Below are positions 1-10,370 of a DNA stretch of 47,047 nt, in pieces. Origin of the DNA: Gemmatimonadota bacterium (lineage in GTDB: Bacteria > Gemmatimonadota > Gemmatimonadetes > Gemmatimonadales > GWC2-71-9). Position 1 is the stretch's first letter, and every line of letters begins with the position of its first letter. Both the position numbers and the translations under genes were made by a program. The stretch lies in the NCBI GenBank assembly GCA_039588295.1, contig JBDHAB010000020.1, positions 1 through 47,047 of the forward strand. The letters are read 5' to 3'. The notes under the pieces were generated by a model. The model searched no databases. It was given only the letters and a program-made list of their open reading frames with translations, and was not told where the DNA came from.

Positions 1-2537
1 AGCTGCATGAGAATCGGCTGCGCCTGTTCCAGGCGATCCAGGTGCAGCAGGGGACGCACGAGGGCGACAAGCAACCCGTAGTCTGTCGATCCCCTTGCCA
101 GGGGGTCGATGAGGTCCACCGCCCGCGCAAAGTTCTCACGGGCATGCTGCCGATCACCATTCTGCCAGGCGTGAACGCCAGCCAGCGAGAGCACGACACT
201 CAGACTGAGCACGGCGTCCCGGTCGGCGGCGTTGACGCGCAGCAATCCTTCCAACAGCTCGATGGACGTTGTGATGCTGTTAGCAGCTGCCTCGAATTGT
301 CCGGCATCGTACAGGCTGGCCGCCAGCGCTCGATGTGCCGCTGCGAGGTCTCGCTGATACCTGGAGTCGTCGGGCGCACTGTCAACGATCTCGGCAATGA
401 TGGATAGACTCCGGCTGACTTGCGCGAGCGCAAGGGCGGTTTCACCGCGTGCGCGCAGCGTACCGCCCACTCGCAGGAGGTTGATCCCGAGGCTTCGCCG
501 CCAACCGAGATTCGCCGGATCATACGCAACGAGGTCTTCCAAGAGAGCGACGGCACTCTGGAAATGCGCGAGTGCGCTATCGACGTGTCCCAGAACCTTG
601 AGTGCACCGCCCACGTAGTTATGGCTCTTGGCCAGCTCCTTCCGTGGGGTCGTGCTCGTCGAATCCTCCCCGACAAGCACTTCCTTGATTGCCAGCTCCT
701 GACGAAACTCGACGAGCGCATCGTCCAATCGTCCCAGCGATGAGAGGGCATCGCCGACGGTGTTGTGGGAGTTGGCGAGCGAAAGGCGGTATTCCGTGTT
801 GTCGGGCTCCAGTGCGACCGCTCGCCGCTCGGCGTCCATCGTCAGGCGAAACGTTCGGAGGGCTCCTTCGAGATTGCCTTGATCTTGGAGCACCGTAGCG
901 ATGTTGCTGTGCGCATATCCCACCTCGACATGCCAGACCAAGTCTTCCGGATCGCGTGCTGCGTTCCGCTCCGCCACGGCGAGATATTCGCGGAACTGAT
1001 CCAGCGCTCCGTCGAGGTCACCGTAGCGATACCGTGCATACCCGACCCAGAAGTGGGCGGCGGCCAGTCTTAACTGCCAGTCGCTGTTCACCGGATCGCG
1101 CCTTGCGAGCTCCTGCACCAACACGAGTGCCTGACGATGGGCTTCACTGGCCTTACTCAGTTCGCCCTGGGCCATCCGCAGAGATCCAATCTGCGTCAGC
1201 GTCTGCGCTCGGGCGGCAATTTCGCCCCCGGAGAGTTCTTCGGCCGGCACTGCTGCGAAATACTGCAATGCCCGGTCGGCAACGTCATTAAGGAGGTCGA
1301 GTCTCGCGATGGACGAGAGCTGCGTTTGGAGATCGCCTACCATGAAGCCGATGAGATCTTCAGCCTGGTTGCGTCGGAGCTCCGCGATCTGCTCTGCTCG
1401 ACGCGCCCGAATCGTTCCCACGGTCGCTAGAATGACGCCGGCGACCAGGGCCATGACGATGGCGAGCGCGGCGATCACACCAAATCGGTTCCGTCGCACG
1501 AACTTACGGACGCGGTACATGGCCGAGGGCGGTCGGGCCAGCACAGGCTCGTCGTTCAGGTGCCGCTGAACGTCCAGGGCAAGTCCGTTCGCTGTTTCGT
1601 ACCGTCGGCTGCGATCGGGCTCCATCGCCTTCATCGCAATCCAATCCAGATCGCCCCTCAACTCCCGCCGCAGATGATCGGCCTCCGTTGCGCGCAGATG
1701 GGCGATGACATCCTGGTGGTCACCGAGCTCTGCAAGCCGATTGCTCGGCGTCGGGGGCGCCGATTGCTGGAGCATCCATGCCGCCGCGCTGCCAAGTCTG
1801 CTGAGCGCTGCGGGCTCAACGGGAAGGCGACCCACGAGGAGCTCGTACAGCACGACACCCAGGCTGTATAGGTCGGTTCGTGTATCGACGTCGAGCCGCG
1901 ACGCCTCCCACTGCTCAGGGCTCATGTATGCAGGCGTGCCGATCGGCTGGCCGAGCTGCGTGACCAAGGTCTTTTCCGACAGCCGCCAGTTGATGGCTTT
2001 GGCAATGCCGAAGTCGATGATCTTGCAGTCGGGCTTCCCATCGCGGAAGGCAACGAGAATGTTGGAGGGCTTGAGATCGCGATGAATGACCCCTTTCTGA
2101 TGCGCGTGCTGGACGGCTTGACACACCGAAATAAACAGCGCGAGTCGCGAGCGCGTACTGCGTCTGTGCTCGTCGCAGAACTCGGTAATCGGGACGCCCT
2201 GCACTTTTTCCATGACGAAGTACGGGCGACCCGTATCCGTGGCTCCCGCGTCGTAGACCTTGGCTATGTTGGGGTGGTCCATCACCGCGAGCGCCTGTCG
2301 CTCGGCGTCGAAACGCGCCACAACCTCTTTCGTGTCCATCCCGAGCTTCACAACCTTGAGGGCCACGCGGCGCTTGACCGGCTCGATCTGCTCGGCGTCA
2401 TAGACGATGCCCATGCCGCCTTCACCCAGCACCTGTAGGATGCAGTACGGGCCGATGCGCTCTGGGTGGGCCAGTCCTCCGCCCTTGTCGTCGCTCGAGT
2501 CCGCTGGCACGGTGAGATCGTCCGGCCTATTGGTCAT
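1..2537 (-). CDS. Hanks-type Ser/Thr protein kinase with TM segment and C-terminal TPR region (3' end runs off the window)
   Basis: Missing from the ORF track because there is no stop in the window. Manual translation from ATG 2537 gives MTNRPDDLT...RIGPYCILQVLGEGGMGIVYDAEQIEPVKRRVALKVVK...HRDLKPSNIL...IIDFGIAK, then RRNRFGVIAALAIVMALVAGVILA (TM) and TPR-like helices. The same frame reads ...LEQAQPILMQ at the window edge. Confidence 0.9.
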   Translation of the reverse strand, partial: MTNRPDDLTVPADSSDDKGGGLAHPERIGPYCILQVLGEGGMGIVYDAEQIEPVKRRVALKVVKLGMDTKEVVARFDAERQALAVMDHPNIAKVYDAGATDTGRPYFVMEKVQGVPITEFCDEHRRSTRSRLALFISVCQAVQHAHQKGVIHRDLKPSNILVAFRDGKPDCKIIDFGIAKAINWRLSEKTLVTQLGQPIGTPAYMSPEQWEASRLDVDTRTDLYSLGVVLYELLVGRLPVEPAALSRLGSAAAWMLQQSAPPTPSNRLAELGDHQDVIAHLRATEADHLRRELRGDLDWIAMKAMEPDRSRRYETANGLALDVQRHLNDEPVLARPPSAMYRVRKFVRRNRFGVIAALAIVMALVAGVILATVGTIRARRAEQIAELRRNQAEDLIGFMVGDLQTQLSSIARLDLLNDVADRALQYFAAVPAEELSGGEIAARAQTLTQIGSLRMAQGELSKASEAHRQALVLVQELARRDPVNSDWQLRLAAAHFWVGYARYRYGDLDGALDQFREYLAVAERNAARDPEDLVWHVEVGYAHSNIATVLQDQGNLEGALRTFRLTMDAERRAVALEPDNTEYRLSLANSHNTVGDALSSLGRLDDALVEFRQELAIKEVLVGEDSTSTTPRKELAKSHNYVGGALKVLGHVDSALAHFQSAVALLEDLVAYDPANLGWRRSLGINLLRVGGTLRARGETALALAQVSRSLSIIAEIVDSAPDDSRYQRDLAAAHRALAASLYDAGQFEAAANSITTSIELLEGLLRVNAADRDAVLSLSVVLSLAGVHAWQNGDRQHARENFARAVDLIDPLARGSTDYGLLVALVRPLLHLDRLEQAQPILMQ

Positions 2538-2651
2538 GTCACTCAAGCTGTGATCTGACCTAGTAGCACGCAAGCTGATGGTTGTGCACCGAAATCCGTG
2601 ATACCGCCGTCGGACGGTTGGAGGATCGTTCTCCTCCTCCCCATCACCCCC

Positions 2652-3884
2652 CTAATGAAAGAACAGATACGCGATGAAGATGCCGGCCACGATCGCGGCG
2701 AAATCCGCAGCCAACCCGCAGGTCACGGCATGCCGCGTCTTTCGCACCGCGACTGACCCAAAGTACAGGGCAATGATGTAGAAGGTGGTATCCGTAGACC
2801 CTTGGAACGTGGACGCCAGCCGGCCGACGAACGAATCCGCGCCATAGGTCTGCATGGCGTCGACCATCATCCCTCTCGCGCCACTGCCACTCAGCGGTTT
2901 CATCAGGGCCGTGGGCATGGCCTCGATGAAGTCGGTGTTGATGCCAAGCATCCCGACCCCGTTGCCGATGGCCGCCACCAGAAACTCCATGGCACCGGAG
3001 GCGCGGAATACCCCAATGGCCACCAGAATGGCGACGAGATAGGGAATGATCTTGATGACAACCGGAAACCCGTCCTTGGCCCCTTCGATGAATGCCTCGT
3101 AGACGTTGACCCTGCGAATCATGGCCAATGTGATGAAGCCGGCGATGACACCGAACAGGATCACGTTGGCGGTTACGTTCGACATCGTTTCGATCTGTTC
3201 CTGCGGGAGCCCCATGAAATACACGATCGTCGCCGCAACCAGACTGGTCAGACCGACGAGATAGAGCAGGACGACCTTGTCGAACAGGTTGATGCGCTGC
3301 ACAATGGCCACGGTGATCAGTCCCACCAACGTCGAGAAGAAGGTCGTCAGCAGAATCGGCAGGAAGATGTCGGACGGATTGGCGGCGCCCTGCTGGGCGC
3401 GGTAGACCATGATGCTGATGGGGATCAGTGTCAGCCCGGATGTGTTGAGCACGAGAAACATGATCTGGGCATTGGAGGCCGTGTCCTTCTCCGGATTCAA
3501 CTCCTGCAGCTCCTGCATGGCCTTGAGGCCCAGCGGCGTCGCCGCATTGTCGAGGCCGAGCATGTTGGCGGCGAAGTTCATGATGATCGACCCATGGACC
3601 GGATGGTCCCTCGGGACCTCCGGAAACAGCCGGTGAAAGAACGGCCGCACGAGCCTCGCCAAGATGTCGATGGCCCCACCCTTCTCTCCCACCCGCATGA
3701 TCCCCAGCCACAGCGTGAGGACTCCGGTCAAGCCGAGCGAGATCTCGAATCCGACCCGGGCCATGTCGAACGTGGCGTTAACGATGGCCGTGAAGATCTC
3801 GGTGTCGCCCAGGAAGATCAGCCGGACCAACCCCACGACCAGCGCGATCAAGAAGAACGCGATCCAGATGTAGTTCAGAACCAT
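2652..3884 (-). CDS. SpmA/SpmB fusion, nucleoside-recognition Gate-domain membrane protein
   Basis: 410-aa polytopic protein with SpmA motifs (NFAANMLGLDNAATPLGLKAMQELQELNP, FLVLNTSGLTLIP) and SpmB motifs (KPLSGSGARG, GSTDTTFYIIALYFGSV). Confidence 0.9.
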   Translation of the reverse strand: MVLNYIWIAFFLIALVVGLVRLIFLGDTEIFTAIVNATFDMARVGFEISLGLTGVLTLWLGIMRVGEKGGAIDILARLVRPFFHRLFPEVPRDHPVHGSIIMNFAANMLGLDNAATPLGLKAMQELQELNPEKDTASNAQIMFLVLNTSGLTLIPISIMVYRAQQGAANPSDIFLPILLTTFFSTLVGLITVAIVQRINLFDKVVLLYLVGLTSLVAATIVYFMGLPQEQIETMSNVTANVILFGVIAGFITLAMIRRVNVYEAFIEGAKDGFPVVIKIIPYLVAILVAIGVFRASGAMEFLVAAIGNGVGMLGINTDFIEAMPTALMKPLSGSGARGMMVDAMQTYGADSFVGRLASTFQGSTDTTFYIIALYFGSVAVRKTRHAVTCGLAADFAAIVAGIFIAYLFFH

Positions 3885-3942
3885 GTGGGCTCGCCTAGAT
3901 GTCGGCGCTCGGCGCTATGCGAGATCGAAAGGACTCGTGTGC

Positions 3943-4641
3943 TCACAGGTCCGTGTTGGTGAGCAATTCCACCAGCACGGGGACGTGCTCGCGGACCAAT
4001 TGGTCGGTCGTGGTCAGCGGAAACTCGTACGTGACGACCGCGATGCCCTGTTCCCCACCCCACGTGCCCAACGAGCCGGGTGTGGGATAGCCGATGTCGC
4101 TCACGAGCAGCAATCCGGTTCGCTCGGCCAGCCATTGGGCCAACGGTCCCTGGTTCGCATCGTCGATCACGGCCAGCGGCGCATGCAGCGCGATCACCGT
4201 CTCCGGTTTCAGCTCACCGATGAGATTGATCAGTGCCTGGGTCTCCGGTTCGGAGCCCGGACTGTCACCCGGACTCAAGACGACGTCCTGGGGATCGTCC
4301 AGGGTGGAACGGTGCAGGACCGGGTCGGGCTGCCAGTCGCGTGTCGGGAAGTTGCGGTTCAGGTCTACCCCACGGGCATTCCCCCGCGTGCCGCGGATCA
4401 CGCCGTCCGGATTGGCGGCCAACACCACGGCGCAGTGGGGAGACGGTTGGGACAGCTGGCGCAGGGCACGCGAGAGCGCGAACCCCGTCTCCGCTTCCTC
4501 GCCGTGCATGGCAGCGTGGATCAGGAGTGCGCACGCGCCTGCGGGTCGCCACACCTCCAGCGGGATACCCAGGTGGGAGCGTCCGTACGTGTCGGGCTCC
4601 CGGGGAATGGTCCCCCATGCTTGTCGCGGACGAAGGTTCAT
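3943..4641 (-). CDS. mpaA: Murein peptide amidase A (M14 zinc carboxypeptidase family)
   Basis: HGEE zinc motif, NARGVDLNRNFP, PGSEPETQAL, IALHAP, GYPTPGSLGTW, TYEF. The start overlaps the upstream stop (ATGA). Confidence 0.85.
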   Translation of the reverse strand: MNLRPRQAWGTIPREPDTYGRSHLGIPLEVWRPAGACALLIHAAMHGEEAETGFALSRALRQLSQPSPHCAVVLAANPDGVIRGTRGNARGVDLNRNFPTRDWQPDPVLHRSTLDDPQDVVLSPGDSPGSEPETQALINLIGELKPETVIALHAPLAVIDDANQGPLAQWLAERTGLLLVSDIGYPTPGSLGTWGGEQGIAVVTYEFPLTTTDQLVREHVPVLVELLTNTDL

Positions 4642-5345
4642 ACCAGTGACCTGTTGATGTTGATCACGAATCGTTCGTAGATCTCATCCAGCTGTTGCAG
4701 CACCACGTCTTTGAGCTCGATGTCCGCCTCCTGAATGGTGTTTCGCAGGAGATCGGTCGTGAGCCGTTGAAGGTACCCGGCCGCCATCGGAGCGTAACTC
4801 AGGTGCCACCGCTCCGGCGCCACTCCCCGCCGGTCCCGATCGTAGGGTCGAAAGAACCCGAACGCGCCATTCGCGGCAATCCGCTGATCGAGCCATTCGT
4901 GCAGCGGACCGAACATCCCGCCGACGTTCACTTCGTCCGGGATCAGCTCGATCTCATAGTCCTCCGGCTTGGCGGCCGCATCGTACACATCCAGGTCCGT
5001 CCCCCAATGATGCCGAGAAGCACCCGGCAGCGCGGACCAGCGTAAGATCGCGAGCACCAGTTCCCCGTCGCTCAACGTGGCGATGTCCAGTGGGACGGCA
5101 TCGCTGTCCAGCACGGCGAGCCTGCCGGTCGCCTTCTTGTTCCAGATGGACAGTTGGTCGTCGAAGCTGCGAAACCCGCTGAGAATCCGGAGGTCGAACC
5201 CCTCCTTCTGCGCCTCGTCCCTGAGTCGCAGAAACGGCTGCACCACTTCCCGATTCACGCGTGCGCCGAGCAGCTCGACGTCGGCGGGCGAGCAGAGGTG
5301 GCGGTCGGTTTGGCCGGTGACGTGGACGGTGGAGATCGGCATCAT
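4638..5345 (-). CDS. M15B (VanY-like) D-Ala-D-Ala carboxypeptidase
   Basis: SGFRSF, RWSALPGASRHHWGTDLDVYD (SxH...D) and ERWHLSY (ExxH) zinc motifs. Start placed at MMPISTV, overlapping the kinase stop (GTGATGATG). Confidence 0.88.
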   Translation of the reverse strand: MMPISTVHVTGQTDRHLCSPADVELLGARVNREVVQPFLRLRDEAQKEGFDLRILSGFRSFDDQLSIWNKKATGRLAVLDSDAVPLDIATLSDGELVLAILRWSALPGASRHHWGTDLDVYDAAAKPEDYEIELIPDEVNVGGMFGPLHEWLDQRIAANGAFGFFRPYDRDRRGVAPERWHLSYAPMAAGYLQRLTTDLLRNTIQEADIELKDVVLQQLDEIYERFVININRSLV

Positions 5346-6922
5346 CACTGAGCCTCGCGCTTGCGAACTTGCTCCGGTAAGTGAGCGGCCCACCATGCCC
5401 GAGCCCTTTCGCCCGTCCACGCCTCGTCGAATCTGATCGCCCGCAGTGCCGCCTCGACCTCGCCGGCGGTCCGAAAGCGATCCTGAGGGTCCTTCTCCAG
5501 GCACCGCATCACGATGTGGTCTAGCTCCGGGGGAATCGAGAACTCGGAGACCTCCGCCGGTCGTGTCGGACGGGTCTTCAGGTGCTCCAGGATGAGTCCT
5601 GTGCTGGTTGCCGCCTCGAAGGGCGGACGGCCCACGAGCATCCAGTACGCAACCCCGCCCAGACTGTACAGGTCGGCCCGTCCGTCGACCTGATCCGGTG
5701 CGGTGGCGGCTTCCGGGGCGATATACTGCGGCGTACCCAGCAAGACGCCGGTCTTCGTGACCTTCGGGGAATCATCCGGTTCGATCTGCTTGGCCAACCC
5801 GAAGTCGAATACCTTCACGAAATCGTACATGCCACCGCGGTACGTCAGCAGGATGTTCGCAGGCTTGATATCCCGGTGCATGATGTGGTTCTCGTGCGCC
5901 TCTGCCAGCGAACCGCAGATCTGCGTCAGGATGAACACGGTTCGCTCCGGAGGCACCGGCCCGAAGCGGGTCACGAACTCCTCCAGGTTCAGGCCATCCA
6001 GGAACTCCATGGCGTAGTAGAACGTCTCTCGCCCCGAACGCCCAAAGTCGTAGACCGTGATGGTATTCGGGTGGGTCAACGTGGCCGACAGACGCACCTC
6101 GCGCTCGAAGCGAGCTAACCACACCTCGCCCTCTCCGGGAGGCGCCTTCAGTACCTTGACGGCGGTCGGCCGACTCATGAGGGCGTGCTCGGCAACGTAC
6201 ACATGTCCCATCCCACCCTTGCCAAGCTCTCCTTCAATGACATAGCTGCCCAAGCGCTGCGCCCTATGCAGCGACAGGCGCATGTGGTACAGGGCCTTCG
6301 TTATCGTCACAGAGACGATCCCCAGAATGCTCAGCTCGAATGTCCCGTCGAGTAGCGTGGAGCGAAGATCCGCGCCCCGCCCGGCTTCCTGCCAGAACTG
6401 CTGAATCTCCGGGATCAACGTGTAGCCCAGCGCCGCCGTGATAGCGAAGCCAAACGCGCCCACGACGGCCAGACCAGCCTGGGCGATGACGCGGACAGGG
6501 ACCAGAGAAGCGTGGAGGAACAGGAGCACCGATATGGCGAAGATCGGAACGTTGTACCGCTCGAACGCCACAGCGTTGAAGTGAGAGAGCAGGATGTTGA
6601 ACGCAAAGAGCGTCAGGTCGATGGTCACAAGCACTCGCATGCTCCAGCTACGAGCAAACACCAAGAGCGCGGCGACAACGAAGGAAGCGACGTGGAGATA
6701 GATGACCGCAACGCGCCATGGTGTGAACGGGGCACCGGGAGGGGTGGGGCGCCCGCTGACGAAGACGAAGTAAAAGAGGAGGACGACCCCGGCGACTACG
6801 ACGCCCAGAAGACAGACCAGCTTGCAGCGCCGCTGCATCAGCTCACGCTGCTCTTCCCCGAACGAGGTTCCCGCCCTCTGCGAGATCGAGATGGATTTGT
6901 CGTTGGTGCCCTGGCTATTCAT
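5345..6922 (-). CDS. Membrane Ser/Thr protein kinase with N-terminal multi-pass TM region
   Basis: About six hydrophobic helices in the first ~215 aa, then LGKGGMGHVY, AVK, HRDIKPANIL, DFG, GTPQYIAPE, DLYSLG. Confidence 0.92.
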   Translation of the reverse strand: MNSQGTNDKSISISQRAGTSFGEEQRELMQRRCKLVCLLGVVVAGVVLLFYFVFVSGRPTPPGAPFTPWRVAVIYLHVASFVVAALLVFARSWSMRVLVTIDLTLFAFNILLSHFNAVAFERYNVPIFAISVLLFLHASLVPVRVIAQAGLAVVGAFGFAITAALGYTLIPEIQQFWQEAGRGADLRSTLLDGTFELSILGIVSVTITKALYHMRLSLHRAQRLGSYVIEGELGKGGMGHVYVAEHALMSRPTAVKVLKAPPGEGEVWLARFEREVRLSATLTHPNTITVYDFGRSGRETFYYAMEFLDGLNLEEFVTRFGPVPPERTVFILTQICGSLAEAHENHIMHRDIKPANILLTYRGGMYDFVKVFDFGLAKQIEPDDSPKVTKTGVLLGTPQYIAPEAATAPDQVDGRADLYSLGGVAYWMLVGRPPFEAATSTGLILEHLKTRPTRPAEVSEFSIPPELDHIVMRCLEKDPQDRFRTAGEVEAALRAIRFDEAWTGERARAWWAAHLPEQVRKREAQ

Positions 6923-7295
6923 AGTGAACCCGGTGCCTGTTCATCTCCGAGCCCTTCTCCCAGTCGCGAGGCGGCCGAGGGGCTCGGTCACGGGTGTAGT
7001 TCGGCTGGGCTGGTCTAAGGTATGGGTGGAGTCTGCGATGGGCCAGACGAACGAGCGGCGTGAATCCTGGCGGTCTGGTCGGCGACAAATAGATCTGGCA
7101 TATTGGCGCCAAGTCGAGGCACGGGAAGAAGCAGATGAAGATCGCCGATTTTCTGCTCGACCAGATGACTCGAAGGATTGGATACGAAAAGCGCCTGTAG
7201 CTGCCGCCGGCAAGTAGACCTGGGTTGCTCGGAGGTGATTGCCGCTACCTCACCCCCGCTCGCAGTGCGGGACCAGTCACAAAGGGTGGTTCTCC

Positions 7296-8726
7296 GTGAA
7301 CAGAACCGTCGAATTGGTCCTGATCCTAGGACTCTCGTTCTCATTCGGCTGCGCCGAGCAGCAGGATGTTGTGGTGATCCGCGACGTGACCATCATCGAC
7401 GGAACCGGAGCCGGCCCGGCATCCGGCATGACCATCGTCATCGAGCAGAGCCAGATCAGTGCGATTGGCACGGAGGGCTCCGTACGGTATCCCTCCTCGG
7501 CCCGGGTCATCGACGGGACCGGCAAGTACCTGATCCCGGGCCTGTGGGACATGCACGTGCACCTGCGCGACCTCGATGGCACCTTTCCCCTGTTCATCGT
7601 CAACGGCGTGACCACTGTGCGCGACATGGGGAGCGACCTCCAGAAGACGGTGGCGCTGAGAGAGCAGATCGAGGCCGGGACGCTCGTCGGCCCCCGCATC
7701 AGGACCTCGGGCATGATGGTGGAGAGCTCGAGCTGGGTCGCGCAATACGTCGATCTGATGCGCGACCAGGGCGCAGACGAGGAAGCGGTTGAGGAGTTCC
7801 TGCAGACGAGGATCACGGTGGGGACCCCACAGGAGGCAAGGGCGGTCGTGGATTCGCTGACCGCACTCGGTGCGGACTTCATCAAGATCCGACACGCCGA
7901 GTCACCCGAGGTCTTCGCCGCAATCGCCGCGGCGGCGACGAACGCCGGAACGCACCTCGTGGGCCATTACGTGTGGATCCTGAGCCTCGAGGAAAGCGCC
8001 GACGGCGGGCAGCGCAGCTTCGAGCACAACATCTTCCCGGGATTCGCCGAGAGAACCCCCGAGCAGAAGCGCGAGATCTTCGACGCGCTACTCCGCAACG
8101 ACACGCATCTCGTGCCTACCCTGGTTACGAACGCGATTCAAGCGCTGTCCCTCGAGAGGGTCGGTGCGATCGCGGAGGACGCCGGCGGGACGATCGACGC
8201 CCGCAACCGGTACGTGTCGCGGGGCATTCGGCAGGGGTGGATCGAATCGGCGGCGTTGAATGCCGCAGACGAGGAACGGCCGCCGCCGGAGGTCATTCAG
8301 CAGATGATCACGAGCAGCAACCGGTTCCTGTACGAGGCGCGGCAGGCGGGCGTGCAGATCCTGGCGGGCACCGACGTTCCGACCACAGGAACGTTCCTGG
8401 GCTTCAGCCTCCATGACGAGCTCGCGTTGCTCATCGAGACGTACGGCATGACACCGATGGAGGCGCTGCGCAGCGCCACCGCTCTTCCGGCCGCTTTCAT
8501 GGAAATGGACGCTGAAGTGGGCACGATCGAGGTCGGCAAGCGCGCGGACCTGGTCTTACTCGACGCCGACCCGCTTGCCGACGTGACGAATACGCGACGG
8601 ATCGACACCGTGATTGCGAACGGTCGCGTGTTCGACAGCGCCACGCGAGCGCGACTCTTGAGTGAGATCGAATCGTCGATCACCTCGGAGGGTAACGGTG
8701 GAGCGGCCCCAGTAGAGGGGCGCTGA
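7296..8726 (+). CDS. Amidohydrolase-family (metal-dependent) lipoprotein
   Basis: IDGTGKYLIPGLWDMHVH, GVTTVRDMG, FIKI, EH, AGTD, GTIEVGKRADLVLL. Likely GTG start at 7296 gives a signal peptide with a lipobox-like SFGC. Confidence 0.88.
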   Translation: MNRTVELVLILGLSFSFGCAEQQDVVVIRDVTIIDGTGAGPASGMTIVIEQSQISAIGTEGSVRYPSSARVIDGTGKYLIPGLWDMHVHLRDLDGTFPLFIVNGVTTVRDMGSDLQKTVALREQIEAGTLVGPRIRTSGMMVESSSWVAQYVDLMRDQGADEEAVEEFLQTRITVGTPQEARAVVDSLTALGADFIKIRHAESPEVFAAIAAAATNAGTHLVGHYVWILSLEESADGGQRSFEHNIFPGFAERTPEQKREIFDALLRNDTHLVPTLVTNAIQALSLERVGAIAEDAGGTIDARNRYVSRGIRQGWIESAALNAADEERPPPEVIQQMITSSNRFLYEARQAGVQILAGTDVPTTGTFLGFSLHDELALLIETYGMTPMEALRSATALPAAFMEMDAEVGTIEVGKRADLVLLDADPLADVTNTRRIDTVIANGRVFDSATRARLLSEIESSITSEGNGGAAPVEGR

Positions 8727-8770
8727 CAGGGAACGACGGCGGTGGGCGGGGCAGCACCCGCCGTACGCAC

Positions 8771-8801
8771 AAAGAGGCCGCGGCAGTCCGCCGCGGCCTC
8801 T
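8771..8801 (-). terminator. Intrinsic terminator-like hairpin downstream of the multicopper oxidase gene
   Basis: Perfect 12-bp inverted repeat AGAGGCCGCGGC-N5-GCCGCGGCCTCT (8773-8801) with a short T tail on the minus strand, between convergent genes. Confidence 0.7.
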
Positions 8802-8824
8802 CGTTGAACCGGGCTCGGTTCGGC

Positions 8825-10309
8825 TCAGACCAGCCGGAAGTTCATCATCATTCCCGCATCCTCGTGCGACAGCTTATGGCAGTGCATGAGGTAGCTGCTG
8901 TCCCCGCCCTGGGAGAGGACCTGGTGGTCGAACCGCACCAGGACCTCGACGGTCTCGCCATCTTCGAGCAGCACCGAGTCCTTCCAGCCCTGCTCCCAGG
9001 GGAAGATCTGACCCCGCCCACCGGTCCGTGATACGACCTGGAACGGCGCCGCATGGACATGCACCGGGTGCGGTGCGTTGCCCTTGGTGCTGAACACCCA
9101 CCGCTCGGTCTGAGCAAACGGTACCTCCTCGTCAGTCCGCAGCATCTCGAACTCCCGACCGTTGATCCGGCTCATCCCCTCGAACGCGAACTCACGCGTG
9201 ACCGCCGGCGACTGCAACGGCGGAATCGTGGAGAGCTGGGACGGGAGCGTCGACAAGAGGTCCGATCCGTCGGGGCCAGCGGATACGACGAACTCGAGGA
9301 GGTCCCAACCGGACCGAAGATCCCGAAGCATGACGGTCGCACCTTGCAGACCTCGGAAGTCGACGAGGAGATCGAGCCGCTCCGCCGGACCCGCGTCGAT
9401 CTCGGAGATCGGCACCCGCCGCTCCAACAGCCCGCCATCGTTCCCGATCATGTGAAACGGCACGTCATTGTCGAGCGCAAGTCGGAAGATCCGGGCGTTG
9501 GCGCCGTTCAGGACGCGAAACCGGTACACGGCAGGCTCGACGGTGAGGGTCGGGTCGACCGTGCCGTTTACCAGGGGCGTGTTGCCCTCGAATCCGCTTC
9601 GCTTCGTCTGGAACAGGAGATTCCCCTGCTTGTCGAACTTCGCGTCGCGGATAATCAGCGGCACTTCGAAGGAGGAGTCGGCCGGGAGCGTCGCCGGCTC
9701 GTCGTTGTCTCGAATGATGAACGCGCCTGCCAACCCGAGGTTGACCTGCTCCCCCGTCTTCCCATGTGGGTGCGGGTGATACCAGTTCAAGGCCGCGCGC
9801 TGCACGATGGGGAAGTCGTAGCTGTATGTGCCGCCAGGTGGAATCGCAAAGCGCGGATGGCCATCGTTGAGATCATCGATGATCATGCCGTGCCAATGCG
9901 TGATCGTCTCGTCGGCGAGACCGTTTTCGAGCTGGATGCTGGCCGCCCCACCCCGGTTCGCCACGATCGTGGGTCCAGGGAGTTCTCCGTTGTAGGCCCA
10001 CACGGCCGACTGATTCCCGAGGCCCATGTCCACCGACGCCGGGCCCGCGTTGAGAACGAGCGGCGCTGTGGGGGAGCCCGGGGAGACCGTGGATGGGATG
10101 TTCAACGGGTTGCGAGTGGTGGGCTTGGGCTTCCCGCCACCACCCCCCTTGCCTCCTTTGGCAAGAAGCGGATCCAGCGGCGTGGGTTCGGTGCCGCATG
10201 CCGAGAGTAGGGAGAGCCCGCCGGCGGCGAGCACGCCTGCCGAGGTTGCCGACAGGTGCACAAATTCGCGGCGGCTGAGACCTTTGGAACCGCATTCTCG
10301 GGACATCAT
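8825..10309 (-). CDS. Tat-exported three-domain multicopper oxidase (CueO/bilirubin oxidase-like)
   Basis: SRREF twin-arginine motif plus LSAC lipobox. All four copper motifs are intact: HWHG, WYHPHPHG, HPVHVH, HCHKLSHEDAGMM. Confidence 0.92.
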   Translation of the reverse strand: MMSRECGSKGLSRREFVHLSATSAGVLAAGGLSLLSACGTEPTPLDPLLAKGGKGGGGGKPKPTTRNPLNIPSTVSPGSPTAPLVLNAGPASVDMGLGNQSAVWAYNGELPGPTIVANRGGAASIQLENGLADETITHWHGMIIDDLNDGHPRFAIPPGGTYSYDFPIVQRAALNWYHPHPHGKTGEQVNLGLAGAFIIRDNDEPATLPADSSFEVPLIIRDAKFDKQGNLLFQTKRSGFEGNTPLVNGTVDPTLTVEPAVYRFRVLNGANARIFRLALDNDVPFHMIGNDGGLLERRVPISEIDAGPAERLDLLVDFRGLQGATVMLRDLRSGWDLLEFVVSAGPDGSDLLSTLPSQLSTIPPLQSPAVTREFAFEGMSRINGREFEMLRTDEEVPFAQTERWVFSTKGNAPHPVHVHAAPFQVVSRTGGRGQIFPWEQGWKDSVLLEDGETVEVLVRFDHQVLSQGGDSSYLMHCHKLSHEDAGMMMNFRLV

Positions 10310-10370
10310 CAGCTCACTGGGAAAAGGGAGGAGGACAATCGGCAAACGACGCATCACTAACCACGCGTAC

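Noticed and set aside
7097..7112. Sigma54-like TGGCA sites near 7097, 18050 and 26720
   Set aside because: None has the required GG-N10-GC spacing.
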